NCBI GenBank assembly: GCA_049366815.1
Contig: JBMNCO010000101.1
Span: 22,783-86,782 of the forward strand
Length of the DNA: 64,000 nt
Origin: Desulfatiglandales bacterium
GTDB taxonomy: Bacteria; Desulfobacterota; DSM-4660; Desulfatiglandales; HGW-15
Direction of reading: 5' to 3'
Within the stretch, counting starts at the first letter, position 1; every line of letters starts with the position of its first letter. The notes below the pieces were generated by a model. That model searched no databases, was not told the DNA's origin, and was given only the letters and a program-made list of their open reading frames with translations. Shown one piece after another: positions 28,386 through 38,481 of this stretch. Both the position numbers and the translations under genes were made by a program.

Positions 28386-29990
28386 TCAACCTTCCTGCCT
28401 GGCCTTTTTGTAAGCGTCCCGCAGTTCACGCTTGAGTATCTTCCCTGCCGGATTCTTGGGCAGGGCATCCACGAAATCCACAGACTTCGGGGCCTTGAAC
28501 CGGGCCATCCGCTCCTTGCAGAATGTGATGATCTCCTCTTCCGTGACCGCCTGCCCCTGCTTCAGGACGACGACGGCATGGACCTTCTCCACCCAGTAGG
28601 CATCCGGAAGACCGATGACCGCGGCCTCCTGGACGGCGGGATGCGCGTAGAGGATCTCCTCCACTTCACGGGGAAAGATATTCTCCCCGCCGGAGACGAT
28701 CATATCCCTTTTTCTGTCCACAATGTAGATGTGGCCCTGCTCGTCATAGCGTCCCATATCACCGGTGTGGACATATCCGTCGATGACCGTCTCACGGGTC
28801 TCTTCCGGTTTGTGCCACCACTCCTCCAAAACGCCCTTGCTGTGGACAATGATTTCACCCACCTCCCCAGGCGCCACGTCCTTTTCCTCCTCGTTTACGA
28901 TCCGGACATGGACCCCGATGTGGGGAAACCCGGCCGAGGCCAGGGTCTTCTGCTCTTCGGGCGGGCGGCCCAGGAGGTCGTGCTGCTTTCTTGACAGCAT
29001 GGTGACACAGGGTCCGTCTTCTGTGGACCCGTAAAACTGGAGAAAGATGGGACCCCACTTCTCCATTCCCCTCTTGAGCAGTTCCACCGGCATGGGAGAG
29101 GCGGCATAAAACATGCGTTTCAGGCTGCTGAGATCGTATTGGTCCACGTCGGGCAGGGCGAGGAAGGAGGCCAGATGGGTCGCCACGATATGGATGTCCG
29201 TGGCCCTTTCATCCTGTATGGCCTGGAGCGTGGCCCCGGGATCAAAGGAGATCTGGGGCATGATGACATTACTCCCGCCTACAAAGAAATACCCCCACAT
29301 GTTCTTTGTGCCGCCCACATGAAAGAGTGGCATGATCTGGATGTGCTTGTCCCCATGCTCCAGGGTGAGGGCCACGGCAAACCTCCGGGTGTCGTCCATG
29401 CCGCGGGCCTGGGTGTAGAGGGCTCCCCGGGGGACGCCGGTGGTGCCGCTGGTGTAGAAGATAAAGACCGGGTCCTCCTCCCGCACCTCGACATCCGGTT
29501 CATCGTCGGGATACCGGGCCGTCAGATCGCCGTATGAAATCATGTCCGGCCCGGTGCCTTTGAAAAGGATGACGTTTTTTACACGAGGCAACCGGGGCCT
29601 GAGGGCCTGGACGGTCTCGACCATCTCCGGGCCGACAAAGAGGGTCGTGGCCTCCGAGTAGTTGATGAGGTAGTCCAGTTCATCCACCTTCAGCCGGGCG
29701 TTGTAAGGCGATGAGACAAAACCGCCCTTCATGGCCGCAGCGTAGACATCCGTGTATTCGATGCAGTTCCAGGAATAAACGCCGAGCACCTCCCCCTTTT
29801 TGACGCCCATGTCGGTCAGGGCGTGGATCAGGCGGTTCGTCCGTGCATTGCATTGGGAGAATGTCACCCGTTCCTCACCGCATTTAAAGGCCATTTGATC
29901 CGGATAGAGCAAGGCATTTCGATAAATGATATCCCCGTAGGTCCCGACCTTGTATCGGGAGAGCTCCTTGAGTATGAATTTCTCTGACAT
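28386..29990 (-). CDS. AMP-forming acyl-CoA ligase (class I adenylate-forming enzyme)
   Basis: 534 aa. Motifs FYTSGTTGVPRG, YGSTE and GKILKRELR. Confidence 0.9.
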   Translation of the reverse strand: MSEKFILKELSRYKVGTYGDIIYRNALLYPDQMAFKCGEERVTFSQCNARTNRLIHALTDMGVKKGEVLGVYSWNCIEYTDVYAAAMKGGFVSSPYNARLKVDELDYLINYSEATTLFVGPEMVETVQALRPRLPRVKNVILFKGTGPDMISYGDLTARYPDDEPDVEVREEDPVFIFYTSGTTGVPRGALYTQARGMDDTRRFAVALTLEHGDKHIQIMPLFHVGGTKNMWGYFFVGGSNVIMPQISFDPGATLQAIQDERATDIHIVATHLASFLALPDVDQYDLSSLKRMFYAASPMPVELLKRGMEKWGPIFLQFYGSTEDGPCVTMLSRKQHDLLGRPPEEQKTLASAGFPHIGVHVRIVNEEEKDVAPGEVGEIIVHSKGVLEEWWHKPEETRETVIDGYVHTGDMGRYDEQGHIYIVDRKRDMIVSGGENIFPREVEEILYAHPAVQEAAVIGLPDAYWVEKVHAVVVLKQGQAVTEEEIITFCKERMARFKAPKSVDFVDALPKNPAGKILKRELRDAYKKARQEG

Positions 29991-30106
29991 GTTACCCTCC
30001 CCTTACAGGCACCCGGATTCCGTGTCCGGGATGTCTGACACCCTATTGCGCAGCTGATGCAGCGCGGTTTCCTCCTGAAGAGACCGATGGCCTCGTCAGG
30101 CCATGA

Positions 30107-30880
30107 CTACTTGCCCTGAAATTCGGGTTTCCTCTTTTCGCGAAAGGCGGTGACCCCTTCCTTAAAATCCCTTGTAGACATGATAGAGGTCTGGAGATCG
30201 TCCTCCATGCGCAGGCCTTCTTCCAGGGACATGCTCAGGCCCCTGAGCATGCACTCCTTGGCGCATCTCACCGCAAGCGGCCCCGCCTCGCAGATGGCTT
30301 CGGCCATTTTTATGGCCTCGTCCATGAGCCGGTCCAGGGGGACGACCTTGTTGACAAGGCCTATCCGGTAGGCCTCCGCGGCATCGATGGTCTTTCCCGT
30401 AAAGAGCATTTCGGCGGCCAGACGGACCGGTATCGTCCGGGGCAATCTCTGGGTCCCGCCCCCTCCGGGACAAAGGCCCACTTTCACCTCCGGCAATCCG
30501 AACCTGGCATTTTCGGATGCGATCATGATGTCGCAGGCCAGGGAGATCTCGAGCCCCCCTCCGATGGTCAGGCCGTTGTTGGCTGCGATCAGGGGCTTCC
30601 AGATATCGAGCGTACGAATGACTGCGGTCGGTCGCTGCCATTTCTTGTCCGTTGTTCTCTGGACAAGGGGAAGATAGTCGTTGATGTCCACCCCTGCACT
30701 GAAGACCTTGTCTCCCGTTCCGGTGATAATGCCGACCCACAAATCGTCGTCATCACGAAAATCGTAGAGGGCATCCTGAAACTGCTGCATACCCTCCACA
30801 TTCATAGCCCCCATTGCTTCAGGCCTGTTGATCCTGAAGATGGCGATTCGGTTCTTCTTGGTATATTCGAGGATAGCCAT
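30107..30880 (-). CDS. enoyl-CoA hydratase/isomerase (crotonase) family protein
   Basis: 257 aa. Oxyanion-hole pattern FSAGVDI and the GGGLEISLACD signature. Confidence 0.9.
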   Translation of the reverse strand: MAILEYTKKNRIAIFRINRPEAMGAMNVEGMQQFQDALYDFRDDDDLWVGIITGTGDKVFSAGVDINDYLPLVQRTTDKKWQRPTAVIRTLDIWKPLIAANNGLTIGGGLEISLACDIMIASENARFGLPEVKVGLCPGGGGTQRLPRTIPVRLAAEMLFTGKTIDAAEAYRIGLVNKVVPLDRLMDEAIKMAEAICEAGPLAVRCAKECMLRGLSMSLEEGLRMEDDLQTSIMSTRDFKEGVTAFREKRKPEFQGK

Positions 30881-30993
30881 GGTTCCCTCCTGGAATTTTC
30901 ATGTGGAGTCTATTCCCTTACGACAGCCCTCAGCAGGCGCGGGACGCACTTGTCACCGGTCTCATCGTGGCCGGAGGATTGTCTGTCAGTGGC

Positions 30994-31791
30994 CTAATAA
31001 ATGACGTGATGACCACAGTGGGTCACAATGGTTTGTCCGGTAATGGCGCTTGATTCGTCCGATGCAAGGAACACAGCGGTAGCGGCGACCTCGTGTTCTT
31101 CGGCCGCCCTTCCAAGGGAATAGTTGGCCGTAAGTTTAGCCCATAATTCATCAAAGGGAACTCCCAGGGCCTCGGACCGGCCCTTGACCACGCTGATGAT
31201 CCGTTCCCCCTTTACAGCCGCCGGGCTGATGGCATTGACCCGGATGTTGTGTTCGCCGACCTCCACGGAAAGGGTTTCCGTCAGACCGATGACGCCCATC
31301 TTGGCACAGCAGTAAGGGCTTCGCATGGGATAGCCGCCCCGGCCGTCGCCGGCCCGCCCGCCTTCAGCGGCCATGTTGATGATGATGCCGCTCTTTTGCG
31401 GGATCATGTGTTTGAGGGCGTATTTCGAGCAGAGCATGCTTCCGGTCAGGTCGATGGACAGGACCTTGTTCCAGTCCTCCAGCTTCAGGTCCACCACCCC
31501 GGCGGTAGGCCCTCCTATGCCGCTGTTGTTGACCAGAATGTCGATCCTGCCGAAGGTCTTGAGGGTTTCCTCCACCAGGCGCTCCACCTGTTTCTCATCG
31601 GTGATGTCCGTCTGAACGGCCTTTGCCCTGCCCCCTTTGGCCTCAATCTCCGCAACGGTCTCTTCCAGTTTGGACAGCGTGGTCGCGGCAACCACGACGG
31701 CCGCGCCCTCGGCTGCAAAGGCAAGGGCAATGGCCTTGCCGATGCCCCGTCCCCCGCCCGTAATCACGGCAACCTTGTCTTTAAGTCTCAT
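30994..31791 (-). CDS. SDR-family oxidoreductase (FabG-like)
   Basis: 265 aa. TGGGRGIGKA cofactor motif, NNSG, and the YCCAK catalytic YxxxK. Confidence 0.9.
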   Translation of the reverse strand: MRLKDKVAVITGGGRGIGKAIALAFAAEGAAVVVAATTLSKLEETVAEIEAKGGRAKAVQTDITDEKQVERLVEETLKTFGRIDILVNNSGIGGPTAGVVDLKLEDWNKVLSIDLTGSMLCSKYALKHMIPQKSGIIINMAAEGGRAGDGRGGYPMRSPYCCAKMGVIGLTETLSVEVGEHNIRVNAISPAAVKGERIISVVKGRSEALGVPFDELWAKLTANYSLGRAAEEHEVAATAVFLASDESSAITGQTIVTHCGHHVIY

Positions 31792-31861
31792 GAAGGTCCT
31801 CCTTGCTTTTATGTTGTTGAGGGTGGTGTGGCCCCTCAGGCCGGAAACATCTCCCCTTCTT

Positions 31862-34153
31862 TCATGACTTCGACTTCCTGTCCCTGATGGCCATGGCGAT
31901 CTTTTCAGGTGTCACGGGCTGTTCCTTGAACCAGATCCCGGTGGCATCGTGGATGGCGCTGACGACCGAGGGCGGTGCACTCACGATGGCCCCTTCGGAG
32001 GCCTCCTTGGCCCCGTATGGCCCGTGGGGGTCGTCGGTGATGATATCGATCACCTCGATCCGTGGGCTGTCCAGGGAAAGGGGCATCTTGTAGTCCGCCA
32101 GGTTCGAGTTCAGGGTGCGGCCCCGGTCCATCCTGAACTCCTCATAGAGGGTCTGTCCCAACCCCTGCACGGCCGCCCCCTGGTTCTGGGCCTCCACGTT
32201 AATGGGGTTCAGGGGTTTGCCGCAGTCGTGGGCGATGATCATGTCCGTACACTTGACAAAACCCGTTTCCGTATCCACGCTCACCCTGGAGAGCTGCGAG
32301 GTGAAGCTGTAGGCGGTGCCGGCATTACCCGCACCCCTGTCAAAGTCCAGCACATCGATGCCGTACTGGGAATAGCCCTTGCCCAGGATCACCGCACCGG
32401 AACCTGAATAGGAGGCCACCTTGGCCAGATTTTCAAAGGGCATGACCTTATCCGGCGATCCCTTGACCGAGACCTTCCGATCCCTGAAGACGATGTCCTC
32501 GGGACTGCACCCCCACTTCTCGGCGGCAGCCGTGGCGAGTTGCCCTTTCACGTCCTGTGCCGCCTTGCGGGCGGCCTCACCGGCCAGGACCGTGACACGG
32601 CTGCCGTAGCTTCCGGCGTCACAGGGGGTCAGGGCCGTATCCACCCGCTTGATATCCACATCTTCCACCCGCAGCCCCAGTTCCTCGGCGATGATCTGCA
32701 CCAGGACCGTGTCCGAGCCCTGGCCGCAGTCCGTGGCGCCGGTCAGGTAGTCGATCGTCCCGTCCTCACAGAGCCTCACCACGGCCCCGCAGGACTGGTG
32801 GCCCCGCTGACGCGCCCCGCTCAGGTAGGAGGTGCCCGACAGCCCCACACCTTCAAGGACAGGGCCTTCGGCCGTCTTTTTCCTTCCCCTCTCTTTCCAC
32901 TCGGGCCTCTCGGCCAGGGTCTCGAGCCCTTCGCTGAGGCCGCAGGAGTCCACCGTGACCCTGTTGACCGTCGTGTGGGGGGCCGTAACGGCGTTCTTGA
33001 GCCTCACCTCCAGCGGATCAATCCCCAACTCTTCGGCCATCATCTCCATCTGGATCTCCGCTGCAAAACGCGTGTGGGTCACCCCGTGACCCCGCATGGC
33101 CGCGCCAATGGGATTGTTGGTAAAGATCCGGTAGGCGTCGTGCCTGTAGTGGGGGAGCTTGTAGGGCAGAGTGGTCATGCAACCGGTAAGATACATGGTC
33201 AGAGGCCCGATCGCCGTGTGCCCCCCTCCGTCGGCGATCACACGGGTCTGCAGGCCCGTGATGGTTCCGTCCTTCTTCATGCCCATCTTGCTGTAGACGA
33301 TCATGTTGTGACGCCTGCGGCAGGTCATGAGGACCTCTTCCATGTTGTAGACGAACTTGACGGGCCTGCCCGTCCTCTTGGAAAAGAGACAGGCACAGAA
33401 GTCCCCGGCCAGGGAATCGTTCTTGGTCCCCCCGAACCCGCCCCCGATAAAGGGCTGGATGACCCTCACTTTGTTGAGGGGCAGGTTGAAGCAGGCCGCC
33501 AGGTGCCGGTAGACAAAATAGGGGCTCTGCTTGGCCGCCCAGATGGTGATCCCGGAGGAATCCCAGAGGGCCACCGCCGCCGGGGGTTCAAGATAGCCGG
33601 TAATCACGCGCCCCGTTTCGAAACGTTCCTCCCGGACAAGGTCTGAATCCCTGAAGGCCTTCTCGACGTCCCCGAAATCCATGTGAAATTCCCAACTGAC
33701 GTTGTTTTTCGCGTGATCGTAGAGCTGGGGCGCCCCCTCCTTCATGGCCTCCTCAGGATCATAGACCCCGGGCAATTCCTCGTACTCCACCTTGATGAGT
33801 TCCGTGGCCTCCTCGGCCGTGTCCTCGTCCACGGCCGCAACGGCGGCCACCGCCTCGGCCAGGTACCTTACCCGGTCGTCCGCCAGGGGCGCCTCGTCCC
33901 GGGTCTTGGGCATCCAGCCCCATCGCCATCCGTGAAAATCCTTTCCTGTCAGGACGCCCTTCACGCCTGGAAGCCGCTCCGCCCGGCTCGTATCGATGTT
34001 CAGGATCTTGGCATGGGCATGGGGGGACCTCAGGATCTTGCACCAGAGCATGCCGGGCATCTCGTAGTCGGCCGCATATTTGGCCTCCCCGGTCACCTTG
34101 GCCCTGCCGTCGACGCGGGGTATCCTTTTACCGATCACAGAATACGCTTCCAT
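31862..34153 (-). CDS. xanthine dehydrogenase-family molybdopterin-binding large subunit
   Basis: 763 aa. GGGFGGT motif and aldehyde oxidase/XDH a/b hammerhead and Mo-binding domain pattern. Confidence 0.9.
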   Translation of the reverse strand: MEAYSVIGKRIPRVDGRAKVTGEAKYAADYEMPGMLWCKILRSPHAHAKILNIDTSRAERLPGVKGVLTGKDFHGWRWGWMPKTRDEAPLADDRVRYLAEAVAAVAAVDEDTAEEATELIKVEYEELPGVYDPEEAMKEGAPQLYDHAKNNVSWEFHMDFGDVEKAFRDSDLVREERFETGRVITGYLEPPAAVALWDSSGITIWAAKQSPYFVYRHLAACFNLPLNKVRVIQPFIGGGFGGTKNDSLAGDFCACLFSKRTGRPVKFVYNMEEVLMTCRRRHNMIVYSKMGMKKDGTITGLQTRVIADGGGHTAIGPLTMYLTGCMTTLPYKLPHYRHDAYRIFTNNPIGAAMRGHGVTHTRFAAEIQMEMMAEELGIDPLEVRLKNAVTAPHTTVNRVTVDSCGLSEGLETLAERPEWKERGRKKTAEGPVLEGVGLSGTSYLSGARQRGHQSCGAVVRLCEDGTIDYLTGATDCGQGSDTVLVQIIAEELGLRVEDVDIKRVDTALTPCDAGSYGSRVTVLAGEAARKAAQDVKGQLATAAAEKWGCSPEDIVFRDRKVSVKGSPDKVMPFENLAKVASYSGSGAVILGKGYSQYGIDVLDFDRGAGNAGTAYSFTSQLSRVSVDTETGFVKCTDMIIAHDCGKPLNPINVEAQNQGAAVQGLGQTLYEEFRMDRGRTLNSNLADYKMPLSLDSPRIEVIDIITDDPHGPYGAKEASEGAIVSAPPSVVSAIHDATGIWFKEQPVTPEKIAMAIRDRKSKS

Positions 34154-34155
34154 GC

Positions 34156-34635
34156 CTACCTCCCCCCTTTCATCCTCTCAGCGGCCGCACCGATCGATTC
34201 CACGATCTTGGTGTATCCCGTGCATCTGCAGAAATTGCCCGCGATGCCCTCCCGCATCTCTTCTTCGGTGGGATTCGGGTTCCGGTTCAAGAGGTCCTTG
34301 GCCGACATGATCATGCCGGGTGTACAGAAACCGCACTGCATCCCCGCGTGCTCGAAAAAGGCGTCCTGGATCGGGTCGAGGGTGTCTCCTTCCGAAAGGC
34401 CCTCGATGGTCAAGATCTCCTGCCCGTCCGCCTCGACCGCCGGGACCAGGCAACTGTTCACGCTCTTGCCCCCCATGATCACGGTGCAGGAACCGCACTC
34501 TCCCTGGCCGCAACCCTCCTTGGTGCCCGTCAGGTGCAGGTCTTCACGGATCATCTCCAGAAGGGTCCTCCAGGGCTTCACCCGCAATGCATGGGGTTTG
34601 CCGTTCAGCACGAATCGGATTTCTTTTGTCTCCAT
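34156..34635 (-). CDS. XDH-family (2Fe-2S)-binding small subunit
   Basis: From ORF 34156..34662. The ATG at 34635 has AGGAG 8 nt upstream. Motifs CGQGECGSCTV and QCGFCTPGM. Confidence 0.9.
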   Translation of the reverse strand: METKEIRFVLNGKPHALRVKPWRTLLEMIREDLHLTGTKEGCGQGECGSCTVIMGGKSVNSCLVPAVEADGQEILTIEGLSEGDTLDPIQDAFFEHAGMQCGFCTPGMIMSAKDLLNRNPNPTEEEMREGIAGNFCRCTGYTKIVESIGAAAERMKGGR

Positions 34636-34668
34636 GAGTTGATCTCCTGTTTCCATGTCCAAAACATC

Positions 34669-35628
34669 CTATCTCGAAAGGACCTGCCGCAGACACCGCT
34701 TTACAAGGACTTCCACCATCATCCGGCGGTATTGGGCCGAACCCCTGTGATCGTCGATCGGACGGGATTCCTCGGAGGCCGTCCCGGCCGCTTCCAGAAT
34801 CGCTTCGTCACGCACCGCCCTGCCTCTGAGCATGTCCTCCGCCCTCAGGGCCCGCATGGGGGTGGGCGCCACCGCACCAAGCCCGATCCTCACGTCCCCG
34901 AAGGATCCGTTCTCACCGCCTGCCACGACGGCCACACCCACGACGGCCAGATCCATCCGGCTTCGCGGTGACAGCTTGATATATACGCCCGTACGGCCGG
35001 CCGGCAAGGGTGGAATCCGAATCTCCCTCACCATCTCACCGGGTTCAAGCCACGTCTCCCCGGGCCCTTTGAAAAATCGGTCCAGTTCGATTTCCCGCTC
35101 TCCCCCCTTTTTCACGCACACCACCTTTGCCCCCAGACACAGGAGGGCCGGCGCCGAATCGGCGGAGGGGACCGCGCTGCAGATATTGCCCACGATGGTA
35201 CCCCGGTTCTGCACCTGGGTGGAGGCAATGCTGCCCGCCGCCTGACTGAGAACAGGGTACTTCTCCCTGACCAGGGAAGAATGGGCCACAGAAAAAATGC
35301 TGGCCAGGGCCCCGATCTTCAACCCCTTTTCCCGGTCGTAAACAATGGTGTCCAGACCCGGTATACCCTTGAGATCCACCAGGACCTCAGGGGCCTTGAT
35401 CAGTCGGGCCTTCAGCTTGGGAATCACATCGGTACCCCCGGCGTACACCTTCAAACGACCGGAGTCCGCCCCTGCCAGTATATCCAGGACCTCTTCCATG
35501 GTCCCGGGCTTGACATAGTCAAATCGCGGCAATCGCCTATAAAAAGTGACCACTTTCCCCTCTCCTTTCTTTGCTTCCATCCTGCGCGTGGTTTTCTGAA
35601 AACCCATGCAAGATCGTACACGCCGCAC
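34669..35628 (-). CDS. XDH-family FAD-binding medium subunit (CoxM/HcrB-like)
   Basis: AGGTDVIPKLK FAD-binding pattern and a CO-dehydrogenase flavoprotein C-domain. Start is uncertain (GTG at 35628 or ATG at 35580). Confidence 0.85.
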   Translation of the reverse strand: MRRVRSCMGFQKTTRRMEAKKGEGKVVTFYRRLPRFDYVKPGTMEEVLDILAGADSGRLKVYAGGTDVIPKLKARLIKAPEVLVDLKGIPGLDTIVYDREKGLKIGALASIFSVAHSSLVREKYPVLSQAAGSIASTQVQNRGTIVGNICSAVPSADSAPALLCLGAKVVCVKKGGEREIELDRFFKGPGETWLEPGEMVREIRIPPLPAGRTGVYIKLSPRSRMDLAVVGVAVVAGGENGSFGDVRIGLGAVAPTPMRALRAEDMLRGRAVRDEAILEAAGTASEESRPIDDHRGSAQYRRMMVEVLVKRCLRQVLSR

Positions 35629-35640
35629 GCCGGCGGCCCC

Positions 35641-35922
35641 CTATCCCCCGCCCAGGGGTATCAGGGCGATGTCCACGGCATCACCCTCCCTCAGGGGTGC
35701 CTTCAGGCCGGCGGGATGGAACCAGATCTCTTTGCCGTTGAGGCTCACCTCGATGTCCGGCCGAAGCTCTCCCGTGACGGCGTCGAGCATGACAAAGTCG
35801 ATTTCCCCTCCAATGTGCCGCAGCAGGTCGGTCATGGTGGTCACGGATTCCGGCAGCACCATCTCGGGCGATCCCGTCTGAGGATAGTTGAAATTGCTTG
35901 TCAGTCGTATCGTGGTTGGCAT
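35641..35922 (-). CDS. MoaD/ThiS-like beta-grasp protein ending in Gly-Gly-Gly
   Basis: 93 aa. The C-terminus ...DIALIPLGGG is typical of ubiquitin-like sulfur carriers. It is the first gene of the XDH-family operon. Confidence 0.55.
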   Translation of the reverse strand: MPTTIRLTSNFNYPQTGSPEMVLPESVTTMTDLLRHIGGEIDFVMLDAVTGELRPDIEVSLNGKEIWFHPAGLKAPLREGDAVDIALIPLGGG

Positions 35923-36046
35923 CTTTTACGGAAACCCTGTCTCGTATTTTTCACCGCGGCGGCCCTTTGAGAACCTCCCCATTGGACCGGGGCCATGGGC
36001 CGAACCGCCATGCCTTTTCAACCGAATGAAGTCGTACACCATTTTT

Positions 36047-36062
36047 TGTACCGATCGGTAAA
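36047..36062. promoter_or_regulatory. palindromic operator TGTACC-GATC-GGTAAA upstream of the moaD-like/XDH operon
   Basis: Contains the 12-bp perfect palindrome TACCGATCGGTA. On the minus strand it lies between TTGAAT and TACAAA promoter-like hexamers, about 125 nt upstream of the moaD-like start. Confidence 0.5.
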
Positions 36063-36135
36063 TAATATTCAACAAGTTTTTCTGTGTCAATGTTTTTTTT
36101 GGGGACCGGGGATGACGCCCCTCGGTCCGATCTTG

Positions 36136-36855
36136 TCAAGTCCCGGATCGGGGCCGAGATGATCTGCGACCGCCCCCCTGTGCTCCCTTTGCTCTCCCCT
36201 TATCCGGGATCCCCGTTTCCATGGTCTGGGGCAAAAGGGCTGGCCCTTTGCCTGATAGACCCTGCAGTGCAAAACGAAGCGCCGATTCCGCCATATCCTC
36301 GATCTCTTCCTTCCTGTCGGGATCGAACCAGAAGGTCATCCAGGTCATCATGCCCAGGAGGAAAAGGGCGGCCCTCGAGGGCGAAACATCCGTCTCGATG
36401 ATTTTCTTTGACCGAAGTTCCGAGATGGTTTCCCTCAAAAGCACGTAGTGTCTCTTCCAGATGGTTCGTATCTTCGTAAAATACTCGTCCTTTATGGACA
36501 TGGTCTCATGGATCAGGACCTTCAGTTCAGGATACCGGCAGACCATCTTGGTAAACTCCCGGATGATGAATTGAAGTCGTTCCCAGGGGTCGAGGATGGA
36601 CGTTGCCTGATCCAGGTACGGCCCAAGGTAGGTTTGAATAGACCTCATGTGGCAGGAGAAAAAGAGGTGTCTCTTGCTTTCGAAAAAATAGTAGAGAGAA
36701 GGCTTGTTGATGTGAGCGGCATTGCAGATATCATTGGTTGATGTGGCATTGTATCCCTTTTCTAGGAACAGCCGGGTGGCCACGTCCAGAATGGCCTCTT
36801 TTTTTAGAACGGTTTTCTTTTTTTCAGTGTTCATAGCAGCGTGTTCACAGATCAA
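36136..36855 (-). CDS. TetR/AcrR-family transcriptional regulator
   Basis: N-terminal HTH (KGYNATSTNDICNAAHINKPSLYYFFESK). Start is uncertain (TTG at 36855 or ATG at 36834). Confidence 0.85.
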   Translation of the reverse strand: MICEHAAMNTEKKKTVLKKEAILDVATRLFLEKGYNATSTNDICNAAHINKPSLYYFFESKRHLFFSCHMRSIQTYLGPYLDQATSILDPWERLQFIIREFTKMVCRYPELKVLIHETMSIKDEYFTKIRTIWKRHYVLLRETISELRSKKIIETDVSPSRAALFLLGMMTWMTFWFDPDRKEEIEDMAESALRFALQGLSGKGPALLPQTMETGIPDKGRAKGAQGGGRRSSRPRSGT

Positions 36856-37027
36856 CGGGTTTGTGGTCAGGGTCGGCGGAGGCCTTTTTAATCCACCTCA
36901 TCGTCCTGGCATCCGGAAAAGACCGCTTCGGCCTTTTCCGCCGTCCCTGGAAATTTTCAGAATCCGGAAATCGCTCTTGTCCGGAAATATGCTTTTACTA
37001 AAAAACCTCGTAACGGTTCAGGTTGGT

Positions 37028-37114
37028 TAGGCTGTAGGCTGAAGGCTATGAGTTTCCTATGATCACGCAGGTTCCCTTACTGCGACACCTCACAGCCTAA
37101 ATGCCTACAGCCTA
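37028..37114. repeat. 87-nt imperfect long hairpin downstream of the TRAP operon
   Basis: GGCTGTAGGC (37030..37039) pairs with GCCTACAGCC (37103..37112). Extended by AGGCTATGAG / CTCACAGCCT. Confidence 0.75.
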
Positions 37115-37161
37115 TCTGGCTGAGTAGTACAAAAACCTCAAAAAATGTCAACACTCCAGGC

Positions 37162-38475
37162 CTAAAACATCATGGCCGGCAGCCACAGGGCCATGGCCGG
37201 GAAAATCATGATCATTACCATGGCAAGAAGACTCAATCCAACGAAAGGGAGCGCGGCCATGTAGATATCCATCATGGTGGTGTCTTCAGTGGTAACGCCT
37301 TTCATGACAAAAAGGCTCATGCCGAAAGGCGGCGAAATGCCGGCCACCTCTATGTTGATGAGGAAGAGCACGGCGAACCAGACCGGATCAAAACCCAGTG
37401 AACGGACGATGGGGACGAAGATCGGCAACGAGACCATCATGATGGACACGACATCGAGAAAGCCCCCGAGAAAGAGCACGACGATCTGCATGAAGATGAT
37501 GAGGACCATGGGCTGAACGGAGACCTCCTTTGCGAGATTGGTCAGACCGGCCGTTGCCCCGCTGAAGGCGAGGATCTGGCTGAATGCGGCCGCGCTCGCC
37601 AGGATGAGACAGATCATCCCGGAAACGGAAAGGGTTCCTCTGATGGATTTCTTGATGACCCTCCAATTGAGTCGTCCATAGAAGGAGGCGACGACCATGG
37701 TCCCGATCGCCCCGGTTGCTGCGGCCTCGGAGGGCGTGGCTACACCGAGGAAAATCACGCCCACAACCAGAAAGACGACCACCCCCTGGGGCACCACGTA
37801 TTTGACCGTAGCCATGACCTTTGCGGAAAAGGGCACCGCTGCGATCTCGTAGTGGGGAGCGATGGACGGCTGGAGCCGGCATCGGACAACGATATAGGCC
37901 GCGTAGATGAAGGCCATGGTGAGCCCAGGGATAATGATGGCGATCAGGATCCTGCCGATGGAGATCTCGGCAATGGCCCCGCACAGGACCGCCAGGGCAC
38001 TGGGCGGAATCATCATGGCCAGGCCGCCGCTTCCCAGGATCGGGCCGAGGCTCATGGATTTCCGGTATCCCCGCTTCTCCATTTCAGGAGAAAGGGACGA
38101 ACCGAGCAGGGCGACGCTGGCCAGGCTGGTCCCCGTCAGGGTGGAAAAGAGGGTGCCCGCGCCGACGCTAAGGAGACTCAACCGCCCTGGAAGCCGACCC
38201 AGCCACTTGTCTATCGTCTCGATCAGGACAGGGGCGATCCCCGAGTGAAACATGATTTCACCCATGAGGATAAAGAGGGGGATGGGCAGCAGAATGAAGG
38301 TGTTGAGACTGGTGTAGACGGAATCAATGAGGTTCTCCAACCCTGTCAGACCGCCGAAGAAGACATACATGCCCACCACATTGATCAGCATGAAACAGAA
38401 GGCCACAGGCATCCCCGACAACATCAGAACCACCAGGGCGCCGAAAATGATAAGGAGTATAAAGGGCCATTCCAA
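37162..38475 (-). CDS. dctM: TRAP transporter large permease
   Basis: 437 aa, polytopic membrane protein. DctM-type pattern, directly downstream of the small permease gene. Confidence 0.9.
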   Translation of the reverse strand: MEWPFILLIIFGALVVLMLSGMPVAFCFMLINVVGMYVFFGGLTGLENLIDSVYTSLNTFILLPIPLFILMGEIMFHSGIAPVLIETIDKWLGRLPGRLSLLSVGAGTLFSTLTGTSLASVALLGSSLSPEMEKRGYRKSMSLGPILGSGGLAMMIPPSALAVLCGAIAEISIGRILIAIIIPGLTMAFIYAAYIVVRCRLQPSIAPHYEIAAVPFSAKVMATVKYVVPQGVVVFLVVGVIFLGVATPSEAAATGAIGTMVVASFYGRLNWRVIKKSIRGTLSVSGMICLILASAAAFSQILAFSGATAGLTNLAKEVSVQPMVLIIFMQIVVLFLGGFLDVVSIMMVSLPIFVPIVRSLGFDPVWFAVLFLINIEVAGISPPFGMSLFVMKGVTTEDTTMMDIYMAALPFVGLSLLAMVMIMIFPAMALWLPAMMF

Positions 38476-38481
38476 GACGGG

